A DNA stretch of 64,000 nt from Camelus dromedarius. Its lineage: Eukaryota. The translations under genes were made by a program, and so were the position numbers. The notes beneath the pieces were generated by a model. It made no database searches. It had not been told where the DNA came from and worked only from the letters and a program-made list of their open reading frames with translations. The stretch spans positions 60,140,001 to 60,204,000 of the forward strand of contig NC_087450.1 of assembly GCF_036321535.1 (NCBI RefSeq), written 5' to 3'. This document shows positions 1-14,699 of this stretch, in pieces (positions within the stretch are counted from its first letter, which is position 1; every line of letters starts with the position of its first letter).

Positions 1-320
1 GTCCTCGTCAACACTTGTTATTATGTTTTTCGTTTTTTGGTTTTTTTTTTTTGTTTCTGTTGTTCAAGTGGATGTGAAGTGCTCTCTCATTCTGGATATG
101 ATTTACATTTACCTGATGGCCAATGACCTTGAACATCTTTTCATCTGCTTACTGACCATTTGTATAACTTCCTGGGAGAATTACTTACTGAGATCTTTCG
201 TCCATTTTTTAATTGTGTTGTTTTTTTCTTATTGAGGTATAAATAGTTTTCTAAAAATACATTCTAGATAAAAGGACATTCTCAGGTATATAATTTGTGA
301 ATGTTTTCTCCCATTCTATG

Positions 321-356
<36 letters not shown>

Positions 357-850
357 CTAGGTAGTGTCCTTTGAAGGACAAATGTTGACGAAGTCCAATT
401 TATCAATATTTTTCTCGTGTTACCTAGGCTTTTGGTGTCATATCTAAAAATTCATGCCAAATCCAAGGTCATGAAGATTTACCCCAATTCTTTTTGTTCC
501 CTGAGAGTTTAACTCTTACATTTAACTCTTTGATTTGTTTTGAGTTAGATTTGTATGTAGTATAGAGTAAGGGTCCAAGCTCATTCTTCTGTAGCTGGCT
601 GTCCAGTTGTCCCAGTTACCACTTGGCATCCTTGTCAAAAGTCAACAGGCCATAGATGTGTTGGTTTATTTCTGGACTCTCAATTCTATTCGACTGCTGT
701 ATATGTCTGTCTCCGTGTAAGTATAGCGCCGTCTTGGTTACTGTAGTAAGTTTTGTCTGTCTTAATTACCGGAGTAAATCTAAGTAAGTTTTGAGATCAA
801 TAAGTGTGAATTATCCAACTTTCTTCTTCTTTTTCAAGAATTTTTTTTAA
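1..850 (-). mobile_element. Old LINE-1 (L1MA/MB-like) ORF2/3' fragment, antisense
   Basis: Typical antisense L1 text such as 'gaacatcttttcatctgcttactgaccatttg', 'gtccagttgtcccagttacc' and 'ttctggactctcaattctattc'; many stops. Confidence 0.85.
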
Positions 851-1034
851 GAGGCAGCTATTCTGGCCCTTGGAGGGTCCCACCCTTTTTCTCTCAGCTT
901 CTGTAAGAGACATTAAATTATACACACGTGACTCTCCAAGCCACGGCCCTGCAGCTGTGGGCAGGGACAATGACAGGGTCCCACTGAGTGACCCGCTTTA
1001 AAAGCTGAGCACTTTTCAAATTGATGTTTTGTTT

Positions 1035-1180
1035 CTTGTTTTTTGTGTGTGTGCCTTTTTGGATCTACACCCAGGAGTGGAGCTGCTAGGACATATGGTA
1101 ATTCTATTTTTACTTTTTTGAAAAATTTCCACTTTGTTTTCCTTCGTGGCTGCACCAGTTTACATCCTCACCAATTTTCA
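1035..1180 (-). mobile_element. LINE-1 ORF2 C-terminal fragment, antisense
   Basis: 'ggatctacacccaggagtggagctgctaggacatatggtaattctattttt...ggctgcaccagtttacatcctcacca'. Confidence 0.75.
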
Positions 1181-3869
1181 CTGGCAAGGACTTGAGTCCC
1201 AGTTCCCTGTCACTCCATCGTGCTGGAACTGGGACTCCCTAGCAAGGTGTTAGATGGTCCTTCTTGCTGAAGAGATGGAGGGTTTTTGGAACATGTCAAC
1301 CTTGCTGTATCTCAATTGTCACATTTGTTGTAACGATTAGATAAGATAATGCTTGAAAAAAGAGGTAAATGGTAAAAAGATCAAGCACACTCGTTCAGCG
1401 TACCCCTCACCGGCAACAGCACGCTGAGGATGGCCAAGTTTCCAGCGCACCCCTGGACCTCCTGCCTCTGTAATCAGCCTGGTGTCGGGCACCTCTCATC
1501 AGCGTCATGGACGGTTGGTGGCACGGGCTTAACACTGGGACCTGGCTTCCCTGTCTGTGTGGCGACTCGCTCAGTTTGCAGGTCAGACTGTTCAGTTCTG
1601 CCCATCTTCCCTCTAGTTCAGTCACCACTGGAAAACAGGAAGTCATTGCCCTCCTATGTGGGACCTGCTCTGAATGGGGATTGGGAGGGAGGGCGGGGAG
1701 AATGTGTGAGATTGCCCTCACCGATTTTGTCCCGGTTTCTCTCCTCAAGATGAAGACCCCTTTGCACTTTCTACTATTTGAATGGCTGCTGTTTTCCAGG
1801 CGATTCTGCTAATTTGGGGAGGGACTAAAGATGATGTCTTAAGATTTGACTCTTGCTTTCCAACAATTAACCATCTACATTGGAAGGCAGACTTGCACAC
1901 AGTAAATAGGGTTTTTAAGCTGAATGAAGTGAAAGAAAAAAAGAGATACAGTAAGAGATCCATCAGGCAGAGGAAAGGAGTTAGTATCAGCGCTCAGGAA
2001 ACTCTAACTCAGCTGTGGCTCCCAAAAGCTGTGCTGGAAAAGAGCGGCTGCGACAGCAGGTGGGTCGGGGGGCTGTGAAGGGCTTGGATGGCCTGCATAC
2101 ATCCAGGGAAAAGAGGTGGTCTCAGGGGTTTTCGAGCAAGTGAGGGACATGAGGCCGTCCTTACCTCCCAGATGAACTGTGGGAGCTGTGTGAGTGAGGG
2201 AATGGTGGGCCACGAGGGGTTGGAGTGGGCACAAATTAAAAAAAATTCCTACTTTGTCCCCAACTGGTTGATGGTTCCTTGCTTCCCTTTAGAGCATGGT
2301 TTCCCAGGCTTTAGTAGGAAAGCACTGAAGTGGATGACGACCAAGGTCCTTTCCATCAGTTCTCCTTCTCTTTCTGGTCTCCCCGAGTCTCTCACTGATG
2401 TGACGTGGTCGTTCCCCTTCATTGTTTAACACTGATCTTAAACACGTGCATCCTGGCTGTTAGATTTCTAAAATGCTGTGTCCAGGGCTACTGCCAAGCA
2501 CATTTTCTTACGTTTAAGAGGTATTTGATATACTCAGGATGCTGGCGTTAAATGGTAAATATTTAAATGCAATCTTTTTTTAAGTTGCCCTGTTACATGT
2601 TAGCCGTTACCATAATTCATTAGCTCCACTGAGGGCCTCGATGGGTCAGCGGCAAGACAATACTTGGGGTGCACAACCTTGTCGGCACTGCAGATTAGAG
2701 GCAGACCAGCCATGGGAATGAGGATGTGGGTCACACAAACGTGGCTTCAGAGGGGACGACTGAGGACGGAGCAGAGAGGCTTATCAGAGGCTGGCAGCAG
2801 CACCCCTGCCCTAGGAAGGCTGCAGAGACAATATCAAGATTTCTAAGGAAACAGTTCAGTAATCATGGCAAAGCCAGAAATGGTGTTCTAAGCAAAGGCT
2901 TGATGTGAGATTGGCAGCTTGAAAAGAGCAAGGGATTTTTCCAATGGACAAAGTGAACAACGACCTTAATCACGACAAGAGGCACAGCTTGGGGAGGTAA
3001 CAGCACACGGAGACTCGGCGCCCTCCAGTGCCAATGGGCGTGATGTACCGTCAAGTAATGGGGAAGGCGAAGGTGGTTCATAAAGAATGCCTATCGAAGA
3101 TAAATTTATTATTGTCTTAATAACTGTGGTGAATCTCTGTTTCAGAGTTTATAGAACCGTCTTCATTTCCAATCCCCTGTAATCCTCCTACCCCAATTCA
3201 TACCTGTCAAACTATAAATCTCAGTTTTCTGTTGGAACAGTGCAGCATGTGTGAGAGGCTAGGGGAAGTTTTGGGCGTGGAGTGAACTCAATGGATGGAA
3301 ACACAACTTCAGGATAAAGGCAATGAATAATGGCTTTTGAAAATCAAATGATGTTAAAAATCAGGATGCAAAATTTGGGGTCCAAGTTTAAAAACACCCA
3401 ATATGTGTGTTATAAGGAAGAAGGTACAGGGTAATGAGCAGGTGTCTCTTAATGGTAAATTGTTTCGTACACACACATGCATGTATGTGCATACAGTCTA
3501 CATTCATTAAAAAGAGAGGAATTAGATTAAACCAGTAACCCGGAGTCACAGCACGTGGGTGGCCGTGTCTAGAACACTGCAAGGTCCCATGAACAGCTGA
3601 GGCCTACAGGCCATCTTTCCACTCCTAGCTCTTCTGTCGTTGAAGATAATTTCAGTGTCGGCTGAATAATCCAGCCAACAGGCCTAAGGGACAGCATGCA
3701 TCACACTTCCCTGTTGTTTGCATGCCTCTTTTTTTTTAAATTAAAAAGGGGGCATCTTAGATAATATATTTTAACAACAGGGACATTGATTCCCACCCCC
3801 TACCCTTCTCAGGGCTCGTCCTTGTCATTTGCTCATGCCTGTGTCTTGTGACCTGAATAGCCGATTTCC

Positions 3870-4740
3870 GTGGAGCCTCTTTCCTAAGCAGCGGGAGGTG
3901 TCTGAGGTCACTGCCCTGCGGGCCCTGCCCCGGACGTGTGTTCAGGACTGTCTCCCAGAGGTGACGGTGGTTTCTGTGGGCTCCTCGTGACTGTCCCTTT
4001 CCCTGGTCTTCTTGTCAAGTTCTCTGTCACTTTTGGTATCACACCCAGCTCTTGGGCTCCACCAATGCTCACTGCATATTGTCTTCAACAATGTCCTGGG
4101 GCATGAATTACTCTGCCATCTAATCTGACTAAGCCTGGGCCCTTTTTGCAGAGGTTTTTTTTTGAGGGCAGTACTTGGGATTTGTTCTGAAAAATCCTCC
4201 TGGCTTTCTCCTTGGCTGGTTCTTTCTGGTAAGTTGGCTGGACTACCATTTAGCTCTTTGCTCTCTTGGGGTTGCTGGCTTCTTAATTACTTACCGCCAG
4301 AATCTCCATTGTTTTTGAGAAAGTCTTTGGGCTTGAACCACACCATATTCTGTCCTGAATAAAGGCAATTTCTTTGGGGAGAACTGACCTCCATGTTACG
4401 TTGGCCTGTATTTCTCTCTCCCCTTAAGCAAAGTCTCTGAGCCACTCCTCCAGAGCTGGGGACTGGAACAGTGGCCTGCTTCTCTTGGAATGCCATCCCA
4501 GCTCCGTAAGGTGATCTCTGGGTGGAGGTGATAGTCTGCGGTCTTCTTGACCCTGCTATGGGACCTCTACCCTAAGGGGAACTGGAGCAATGGCTATTGG
4601 ATTAACAGGTTTTTGCACCTGGGGTGGGGCCTCTGTCCCATGGGGCTAGGGTGAGAGAGAGAGTCCCCAGCCTCTCTCCAGCCTCTACAGGTTAGCAGGA
4701 ATGGGACGAGAAATGGTGCTCATCTTGTCTTTCAATACTG
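3870..4740 (-). mobile_element. Probable ancient L1M 5'-region fragment
   Basis: Resembles antisense old L1 5' ends ('gagccactcctccagagctggggactgg', 'gggacctctaccctaagggg'); recognised by eye only. Confidence 0.45.
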
Positions 4741-5244
4741 TAAGCTGCTTGCCTTTGTCTCCTCCAAAAACTGAAACATTTTCTGCATGAGACAACGACT
4801 TGCTGCTAACGATCTGTCAAGCAGGTGAACAAAAATGTCAGGCATAATTACGTTCACGGCTTCAGCCTTGGCATTTAAGTTAACCTGGAAAACACTCGCT
4901 TTCCCAAGAGGTCTTACCTAACCGGGACTAGGACTCAGCCGCGGCTCGCTGACAGGCTTTGTGGTACTCAGATTTCAGCCGGGAGTGTTACCTGACAACC
5001 GTGAACACATTGCTTTGCCCTGTGTCTGCGGGAGGGGGAAGCTTCACAGAGCCTGGCGTTTGTCAGGTGAATCTGCTAGCAGAGGAATCTCATTTCAGGT
5101 CGTGTTCACAGCGCCGTAGTTCCGTTTTCACAGCTTTTCATTACTATTCTACCTTCTGTTTCCATAGAGGCGAGTTTAAGGATTGTTTCTTCAAACTGAG
5201 AAAATCGATGTGCCCCCTCAATATAAGCAGTATCGGGAAAGTCG

Positions 5245-5400
5245 ACAATTCTTTCATTCACTTATTTACAAATGGTTTATTGAGTCTTTACCACATGAAA
5301 GTCCATGTGCTGGGAGCTGGGGATCCAGTGGTGACCCAGTCCAGATCTGACCAGTACCCCAACGGAGCTTACAGTCTGGAGAGCAAAGTGGACATCAGTG
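5245..5400 (-). mobile_element. L2 3' fragment
   Basis: 'ttcattcacttatttacaaatggtttattgag...gctggggatccagtggtg...ggagcttacagtctgg' matches the reverse complement of the L2 tail. Confidence 0.7.
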
Positions 5401-6834
5401 AAAAATATCACACAGAAAACAGATCTTTCTGGAAATACAGAGACTATGAGGGTTTACTGGTTTGCCGTCTTCACACAAGACTGTTAGTTCCATCCACATC
5501 TTCTGTAGTAGCGTAGGGGGATTTCAGATGACCACTCTTGGTTGCTGCTGCTAAGCCTCGGATGCTGCATTAAATTGCATATGGTAATATATGTAAGGTG
5601 CACACAGGATGCCTGGCGTTTAGTAGGTGAGCCATAGGCATCAGTTTCCTTCCAAGTCCTGTTTTCTTTGCCGAAAGGGAAAGAAAAAATCTGATGTTCT
5701 AGCCGAGATATTGCTTATCTCTGGCTATTAAAATGCTGCCTTGTGTCCAGCCTTTCAACTTAGACTATTTCAGCTTTGCCAAGAAGAGGCCGATATGCAG
5801 TTTACATTTCTCACCATCTTGGAAATGCCGGATTGCTTCACTTTAATGGAATTAAGGCAGAAATCTTCTTGAGTCATGCTTTAAAAGATCCCCCAAACTG
5901 GAGTCTACACCTGAGGTTCAGTAGACTTATTTTATGGGGAGTCAGGAAGTCTTTACAAGAATTTAAAATTCTACACTGATATTATATCTACCTGTGTCTC
6001 TGTCTGTCTGTCCACCACCACCATCATCCTCGTCTGTCTATCATCTGTCTATCACTATGTGCGTGCGTATATCTACATCCATCTCTCTGTATGTCCTCAT
6101 ATCCTGATCGTTCAGGTAACCTGCATTTGTGTTCATGATCACACTGATGTCAAAGGATCACAGAAACTGCTCACCTCTAACTTCTAATGCATTTTTTCAT
6201 CCAGAATCTATGGCTCTGTGAGCTTTTTCCACTTCTCTCTCCTTGCAACTATCTCCCTTTTATCTTGTTTTGTTAACTTTTTCTGTGTGATAATATTACT
6301 ACTTTTTAGGAAAGACTGTGAGTGTGTGTGTGCGCACACTCTTGCCCGCATGCTTCCTGTGTGGATGTTAGTGAACACATGTTTGTTTGCTGGGGGGCTG
6401 TGAATGTCTTTGTTTTTTCTATGCTGGAGAAACACAACTTGGCGGGCCAAAGACCGGACAATCTAGACTTCGGGACATAAACTCTTAAGATTGTCTGACT
6501 CGGTTGGTAGAGCAAACATCACGCTGGCTCATTTTCTCCTAAATACCGTGGGCCATCTTTCTGAGCCTCGTTTATCAAGGGCAGATGTTAATCCTGAAGC
6601 TTCTCTTGCACAGAGGAGAGGATGAGGGTAGGAGAGGGGATGTGGGATGAGGGGAGAAATTTCCTCTGTTTTGGGGGCTGGTGGATCGTTAGGCAAGGCT
6701 CTAAGCCACAGAGATGCATGAGGGCATTCTTAAGAGCAGGGGGGCACTTTTGTCCAGCTGTTTGGACAGAGCTAAGAAGCCAATGCAAAAGGGACCTCCG
6801 GGGCTCTAGAGGAGGGCATAGCGACCATCACAAT

Positions 6835-7470
6835 TGGCACATTCCATCAACCCAAAAGTTATGCATTCCCTTCGCAGTCAGTCCCCCTACCTTGACTCTG
6901 ACCATTGCTGATCTTCTTTTTATCTCTACATATTAGTTTTTTTTCTTAGAATTTCACAGAAGTGCGTTCATACAGAACGAACTACTGCATATCTTTTTTC
7001 TCTTGTTCGGTATAATGGTTTTGATATTTGTTCACGTTGCTGTGGACATTAGTAATTCAATTCTTTTTATTGCTGAGTAATGTTCTATTGTATGATTACA
7101 ATTTATCTACTCAACTGCTGATGAATGTTTGGGTTGTTTCCACATGTTTGTGATTATGAGAGAAGCTGGTATGATTTTTCCCATACAAATCCCGTGTGAA
7201 CATGTTTTTATTTTGGGGGGATTTTTAGGTCATATGCTAGCTGTATATGAAATGTATATGAAATATGACACTGTCAAACTCTTTTCCAAAGTTGACCTAC
7301 CATTTTGGAACCCCACCAGCTCTGTATGAGAATTCAAGTTGTTCTCTATCTTTGCCAATACTTGACATTGTTGTCATTTTCAGTTCCTTTTTTTCTTTTT
7401 AAATTTATTGATTATTAATTTAATGGAGTCATTCTAGTGGACGTCCAGGGATATTTTGCATTTCCCTGCA
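6835..7470 (-). mobile_element. L1ME-like 3' fragment
   Basis: 'ttctttttattgctgagtaatgttctattgtatg...gatgaatgtttgggttgtttccac'. Confidence 0.8.
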
Positions 7471-8969
7471 AGTTTCTACCAGTTGAGCAGGCCAGTGGGG
7501 GCTCCAAGTCATAATAATTTCAGGATGAAGAAAGGGCTGTTATCACTTTTTGTAATCAGAGGATGATGAAATGTGTGACATATGGAATACATAAAACAAC
7601 GATTTTTCTCTTAAAAATCAAGACCAGGAACAATATGATGTGGAAAAGAGACTTCACAACCTCCTTGCCTTACTGCCAAGCACACGACTGAGGAGAAGCT
7701 GGAGCACTTTTGCCGAGAGAGAGCAACCGTGCACACTGTAAGGCTAACTCCACTCTTCCTGGTCTTGGGGTTGTGACACCAAAACTGGGGAAATTGCTAT
7801 TCCTCTTGGTTGTTGCTGTCACTCTGGACTTAAACTGTGAGATTTTCCTGGACGGCGGTCCCCAGGGTGCTGGAATTATACACGTGCAGGCTCTGTAATT
7901 GCTATACTTCTCATTAAGCAAGAATTTATTAGCAGAGAGAGTTGAAGGGATTTTTGGCTCCCTCAGAAGTATATGTTTCTTGCCAGTATTTTGAGGGAAG
8001 ACTCTTAGAGAATTATTAAACATTAATTGTTTGGATGTATTATTATTATTATTTTGTAGGATTTTAGTTTAAATGAAAACCAGATTCTGTCACCTCACTG
8101 TGTTTTTAGTTAGAGTAAATATGCATCCACTCTGCTCATCAATTCTTCTTTTTTTTTTTTTTTTTCATCCAACACTGGTGGGAACTAAATTCTTAGAAAA
8201 CAATGTTTGGTATAGCATTGCAAGTCTGACTTGGGTTTAACGCACTGTAAGAAACCATTGTTCAAAATAAGAATCCTCAGTGACGCTTGCACTGTGAGGT
8301 TTCACACGCCAGGTTAGATAGAACCCAGATTTTGCTGCGCCCGCTCTTCTGATCTATATTCATGTGATCGGAAGCTTACCCCTCAATAGGTTTATATAAT
8401 CAGCAACTGTGGGGTCTTGAGAGACAGTTCCATGCGAGCAGCATCACTTGCAGTCAGCCTCGTCCTTATCCTAATGAAATCTCACCATGGAGAAATGAGC
8501 TGGCTCTCTCTGAAACAGGACCCCGACTCTCCAGCAGCAAGCTCACTTTCCAGAGCCCAGCTCGGTCAAGGCTGCAACCTGGAGACCTAGGGTAACAATA
8601 GGCAGAGATTAGAGTGAGGAGGCGGGAGTGAGAACACTGAGTGAGCAGAACGGAAGCATGAGAAAGCATCTGAGTTTTCCACTATATTTTGAATAATCCT
8701 TTTGGCCTAAAGACAATTGGGTTAACAGGCAGGATGGTCCAGACCGGAACGGCAACAGGAATCAGGAAACCTGATGGATTTACAGGGAAGAATCAAAAGA
8801 TCTGGGGATCTGTTTCTCTCTCTACTCCCCCTCTTCCCACTCCACCAGGCTCAGCTCCTAGCAAGCCTTGGACCCCTGGGCCCTGCTCTTTAGGAGACGG
8901 GGTTGGGGGGGGGTGTTCATTATCCTTGAGATACCAAGATACAGCACCAGTCCCTCCCTTCTTAGCTCT

Positions 8970-9110
8970 ATGATTTAATTTCTCTGGGCCTTGCTTTCTT
9001 CACCAATAAAACAGATTATAATCACCAGTTGCTCTGACGATCAAATAGGAATGAATGCAAAAGTGCTTTTTAAACCATGGAACAAAGAACAAATATTAGT
9101 TACTAGAGAG
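8970..9110 (+). mobile_element. MIR fragment
   Basis: 'tttaatttctctgggccttgctttcttcaccaataaaac...aaaagtgctttt' resembles the MIR core. Confidence 0.6.
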
Positions 9111-12100
9111 AGACACCAGTCAAATGAATCTTCGTAGGTACTCTGCTCACTAGCTTATCTCACAGATATAGAGATCGAAACCCTAGAAATGAAACGCTTT
9201 GCCCAACCTCCTTCCTCATGAAGATTGTCTTCTCTCCTGTATTTTGGCCTGTCCCTTGTTACTCTGGATCCTCTTTGCAACCCAATTTCTGTAATTAATT
9301 TATCTCCTCCCATGACTTTTAAGTATCACCGAGTTACTGGTAATGCCAAACTCTACCACCACCACCAGCATCCTTCCTCTCGCCTCCTAGTTTCCGCAAA
9401 CATCTTGGCAGAAGAGGGTGATGAGGCGGGACTAGGAAGTAGGCAGTCATGCTTACCAAGAAGGTGAGCTGCCCAAGCCGGAATGTTTCTGCAGCTCCAC
9501 CTGGTGCCCACGCAGGGCCGTCAATCTCACTCCAGGGGCACTACCTCCAGACATCTCTTCCTGTGTAGTCAGTGACTGCCTACACTTGAGACGGTATCTA
9601 ATGAAGGAGCTTAGACCCCCCTGCCCCCACCCACCTGAATCTGCAGAGTCAAACTCAAGAAATAGAACCTTTTATGAGAGTTAAAATATAATTATTTTCA
9701 TATTAATGACAACCCTAGCAAAAGTTTTGCCAGTTGTAAAAGTAAAAGGTCCATCCTGAGCAGTCATTTTTAACTGAAAACTATTTTCCCATAACATGGC
9801 TGATTTCATATGAGCATGTTTTTTAAAACAGGCCTATGGAATCCTGAGGTCCATGAATATATTTCTGAAGGGTCTGAGAGAATTTCTTCTCTTTAAAATG
9901 ATTATTTCCATTCAGATTTTAGAGACACTGTTAACGCATCTGGGACTGTTTACTTCAGAATTTAGAAATAACAAAAATATCTTGCCTTACTATTATTATT
10001 TTAATTTTTACAGTGTGGTCCAAGTCTCTCTTCCCCAGAGCATCAATCATAGATTGTAACTCTCCCCTGTGAAAACTCAGAACCCCTCTTTGATGAGTGG
10101 CAATTCCTTTGTAAACTGTAAAGGGCCCCATAAACATTTGGCGCAGGCAGAGCAAACCAGTTATTGAAGTTATGAGCCCCCAACACAAGTCTAAAATCTG
10201 GCTTGATTGCAGTGAGAATGTTCTGATTCATTTAATAGTTTGTGTAAGAAATGCCCTGTGATGTTATTTCCTTTAAATCTAATTCGATCAGATGCCAGGC
10301 CTCCATGGTGCTGAGATGAAGGGAACATAAAAGTGAGCCGTTATTGGGCTCCCATCATATAACTAGGCTTCCAGTACTGCCCAAGTCTTGGGTCTACACA
10401 AGGCAGATCATTCCGGAAGGCCCTTCTGGAACCCCCCCCCCAGGTGTCACTGAGATGCTCTTGGTCCGAGAGTCCTGGACCCTTGAGCCTGGAAGCTCTG
10501 GAAGTTCTGTGTGGCTTACAGCACTGGAATATTCATGGTGACCTACAGCCCCTGGCCTAGCCTGGCCTGACAGTCACGAGTGCCACTTTCCTTGGCATCT
10601 TCTCAGCGAGGGTGAGGGAGCCAACCGAGAAGCCTTCCTTCCATGGCAAAGCTCACCGATGGGCAGTCCTTCTGAGGCAAGACTGCAGCTCCTGCCAATC
10701 CCCCATGCTTTTAGCCCTCAAAGCCCTTCTTCTTTCCCCACCCTTTCTGAGATATGATGTGTATTCTCTTTAATCAGCTTCAAATCTTTGAAATTTAGAG
10801 GACTCATTTTAACATGTTTAATTTGATTAAATTCATTCAAACTCTGAACATGAAGCCTGCTAGGGTGAATTTTGGGGATGATTGGGGTTCTTCCACTTTA
10901 TTTGCATTGCATAAGAACATGGCAGCCACCAGATTTTGGAAGAGTCTCTGATCTGTGGTCCATGGTGGTCACCATGGACATCTTGACCCAGGCCCCCTGG
11001 TTTCTTCCAATGAGGCAGCTCAGCTCTATGGATCTGTGGCTCTTGTACTGGGTTTGGGGCCAGGAACCCAGACCCAGCTACCTTCAGACTACCATTGTCC
11101 ATGCCATCATGCCATCACTTTTCTGGGTTCTGAGGGTAGAGCCAGCCAGCTACAGGGCCGTGTGACTCACAGGATCCCACGTCTATCCTCCTTCTGAGAT
11201 CTGGAGATCCTTCCTCTTTCTCTCATTCCCTTCGACAGATGTCATCTCTTTTCCTTTCCCCTGGTATAATTTGAGGCAATCTGCTTGGGATGGAGCTAAA
11301 AAATAAACAGTAAAAATAAACAGTAATTAATATTTAAGGCAATTCTCCTGCTAGGAAATTCTATAGAGTGCTAGAGAGCTCAGAGGTTTGTTTTCATGCT
11401 GGAAATGTGAGGGTCAAGGTTGAAAATGGATCTCAGCAAATGCACATGAGGTGGTCCATTCATTTCATCACTTAACAAACAGGTATTGGGTAAAAACGGG
11501 AAGGAGCACAATGCCATGGGAGGCAGGTAAGGGAACATCAGGTTGTCATGTGAGCCATGGTCTGCACAGTGGTAAAACCTGGACTCTGAACCGGTTGTCC
11601 TGGGTTAGAACCCTGGCTCAGCCGCCTTCCAGGTGTGTGTCCCACCACTTCCGGGTCAGGGTCGCAGAGCCCACTGGTGTAGGTGCCCGGCTCGTCGGAG
11701 TTCTCACATACATGAGTGCTCGTCTGCTACTGAGGGATCGAGACTTTGATTTTGTGACATATTTTCTCCCTCCTAGAAATGTATGAACAGACACTCTTTA
11801 TATTCATGGTTTCATTATCATTATCTCATTAAACTTCTAAAACTTGTTCACTTTATGTTTCTAAATGCTCTTTCTCTAAAGCTGTTTGCAGAGGCCATCG
11901 AAGCTCATGGGTTTCTTCTTAGAGAAGAGAAGGAAGATCCAGGTGCTGAGTAACACATCTCTCCCCAGTTGTTGTTTCAGAAGTGACTTATGAGCAGGCC
12001 AGGCACGAGACGTGAAGCCCCCTCCTTTTCAGACATCACCATCTGATGAGGGGGTAGGGCGCACAGACACGGTGCAGTCCCCTCAGGTCAGCGCCCAGCG

Positions 12101-12264
12101 GCCAGATCCGACGTAGGACCCGGGAGCTTCCTTGAACATATGCTGTTCCCTGTCTGCACAGCATCCCCTGCTGCCCCAGCCCCAGCCCGGCTCCAGTCTG
12201 TACCATCCAGGCTAGAGTCCAGGTCAGGAAGACCCAGATTCTTGACAATGGCTGCTTCTCCCCA

Positions 12265-12301
12265 TGTGTGTGTGTGTGTGTGTGTGTTTGTGTGTGTGTG
12301 T
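12265..12301. repeat. (TG)n microsatellite with one interruption
   Basis: Seen directly. Confidence 0.95.
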
Positions 12302-12444
12302 AGATCTTGCTTTTCTTGGCACCATGTGCTATGTGGACTATTTGCTTTATTGTAAAATACATGTCTGTTCTTCCTTGGTAATTCCATAACATGTTTGGAG
12401 GCAACTGGAGATGCCCTAAGACATCGTTCATTTGGGTGGAAAAT

Positions 12445-12650
12445 AATCATCATTATGGCGACGATAGTAGCAATGAATTGAGCGCTGACTATGTGCCGGC
12501 TCAGGTCCAGACACTTTACAAACTCCTTTCCTAATCTCCGCTTCAGTCCTACAAGGAACCAATCTTACTGGCTTTTTTTTGTAGGTGAAGGGGTTGAGGG
12601 TCACGGAGATAAAGTAGTTTGTCCAAAGCCTTGTGGTTCTTCATTAGAGC
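12445..12650 (-). mobile_element. MIR fragment
   Basis: 'ttgagcgctgactatgtgcc...gtaggtgaaggggttgagggtcacggagataaagtagtttgtccaaag'. Confidence 0.65.
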
Positions 12651-13225
12651 CTCCTCAGTGAAATGTCTTCTGGCTTTGTCCTACTCTAACTGCTGCATTA
12701 TTTTCCAGTTTTCGCTCCCTGTTCTATAAGAACTGGAATCAGAGAACATCTCTAACTGAAACACATACACAGTTATTGTCTAAAGTGAGATGCTTGAAAA
12801 AGTTGGGAGGAACTAGCGAAAGGACCCCTAACTTTGCATTGAACTCATTCTCACGTCTGTGGTCTTGGAAAGGCAGTTCCCAGGGCAGAGCTGCGTGAGG
12901 GCAGAGGGCAAGGTGCAGGTGAGCCTGCACCGTCTCCCTTCCTGCGGCACCCTGTCTCCTCCAGCTTGCCCTTATAAATTAGTCTTTTTAAAGTGTTACG
13001 TGTTCCCCACTCCCCGGATTTTGTCTTATCCCTCTCTGTACCCTCAACATACAATACAACACCTGCTGGCATATTACAGATATTAAAAGATCTTTGCTGA
13101 CATTAAGGAAAAAACATGAGCTGAATATCACAAAATCTGTACTTTCTAATCAAAATGCTCCAGTATTTAGTGTGTCTTTAGAACATATCTGTTATCACTT
13201 AGTCTTGCTCCTTTAGCTAAATCGA

Positions 13226-13326
13226 TTAAAATCCGTTCTGTTCTCCTACTGATTCAGAGTTTGGGTAATTTTCTGCTTCATCTATTTCATAGAATCCCTT
13301 TCGAGCAACTCCTGACAAAGCATCCA
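13226..13326 (-). CDS. Putative terminal coding exon (L-DALSGVARKGFYEIDEAENYPNSESVGEQNGF*), gene unidentified
   Basis: Acceptor tttttcacag|TG; phase-1 start matches the phase-1 end of the 14700-15068 exon; TAA at 13226-13228; AATAAA on minus at 12346-12351. Confidence 0.4.
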
Positions 13327-14699
13327 CTGTGAAAAATGTCTTAAAATATACTTGGGTTACAAGGAGGAATTCCAGTTGCTGCTGCAATGTTATCTCAGTT
13401 CTTTGCCAGTGGGGTGCTCTCCACAAATGCATTTTTTGGCATCCTTGGAGGGTAGTCGAGGCTGGGTCTTCAACCTGGGCTTGTCAGTGCCGTGCTGGTG
13501 GCCCACCGCCAAGCCAGCAGTGGTTAGATTCACTGAGGACTCTCATGGTCCAGAGCCACCCGCTCTCCCAGACTCTGCCTCACTCGTCCTCCACCGTGCG
13601 TCCTTTGCCCTCCCCTCCCTGGACCACAGCATCTGACTCTGATTTTCTTTTTCTTCCTCACATAGTCAAAGTCTGATCATTCCTCAAGGTCCTAAGGTCT
13701 GATTCATAAGCCGTACATTTAGAGAATTTTCTCTGATTTCTCAGCTAAAATTTCTCTATCCTTGGAACATCCCCCGAATCAGTTTCCACTTCCATTATTG
13801 TGCTTTTAGGTGGAATTATGTGTGCACCTTTCTTAATTAGAATATAAACTGTGTACGAAGGAGGGCACCATGTCTAATTCTGACTCTTCTCCTCTCACTG
13901 TACCGCCTCCTCTTACACGTACAAGATGCTTAATGAACGATTTTGTAAGAATTAAGAACGTGTGTACTTTGGCTCCCTGCGGGGGTGGGGGGTACAGTGG
14001 AAAGAAGGTGCACCCAGATCCCCAGGAACTGGGCTCCAGTTTGACCATTCATAAGGAATCTTGGGCACACATACTTCAAAACTTCTTTTCTTCTTTTTGG
14101 TCAGTGAGAGTAAAAAAATGCCTGGGGGGAAACTAACTCAGCCTTTTAGCTGCTGCGTCGCTGCATGCAGGACTCAGGCTCGGGGAAGCTCCCTGCGGTC
14201 TCCCTTCTGCTCTTCTGTTTCCTTCCTGGTAACAACAACGCATCCTTGACTTTGACCGCTTTTTAAATTGTCCTTTTCTTCTGATCAGAGACAGTGTCTC
14301 TCCTGTGTTTCTTGAATCACTGGTACCTAGTAAGATATACACACACACATCCTACTTTATATTTATGTGTATATATATTTGTAAAAAGGTTGGTCTAGTG
14401 GATGGATGCACAGAAACTCTGATATCCTGTTAATTTCTGCCAGTGACGTTTGCTGCTGGGAAATGCTGGAAACTCCTTTTAAATCTTATTTTCCTCCCCC
14501 TGCAAAACAGAGCTCACAAAGTCTCCTCACTCCTTTAGACATCATATCCCTAATCAATATTTCCCAAAAGTGATTCCATAGAAGGAATCATGGGCACCAG
14601 TTAAAAAAAAAAAAAAAACGAGGAAGAAGAAGAAGAAAAAAGAAAAGATGCAAAGTCAATTAAGTCATCTGACCAATAAACTTATTATTTCGGACTTAC

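Noticed and set aside
4959-5516. 185-aa ORF
   Set aside because: GTG start, runs into an L2 relic, no recognisable domain or splice pair
9457-9640. Minus-strand exon candidate with one open frame
   Set aside because: Its 5' part resembles a MER5 remnant, it lies beyond the putative terminal exon, and it has no phase partner
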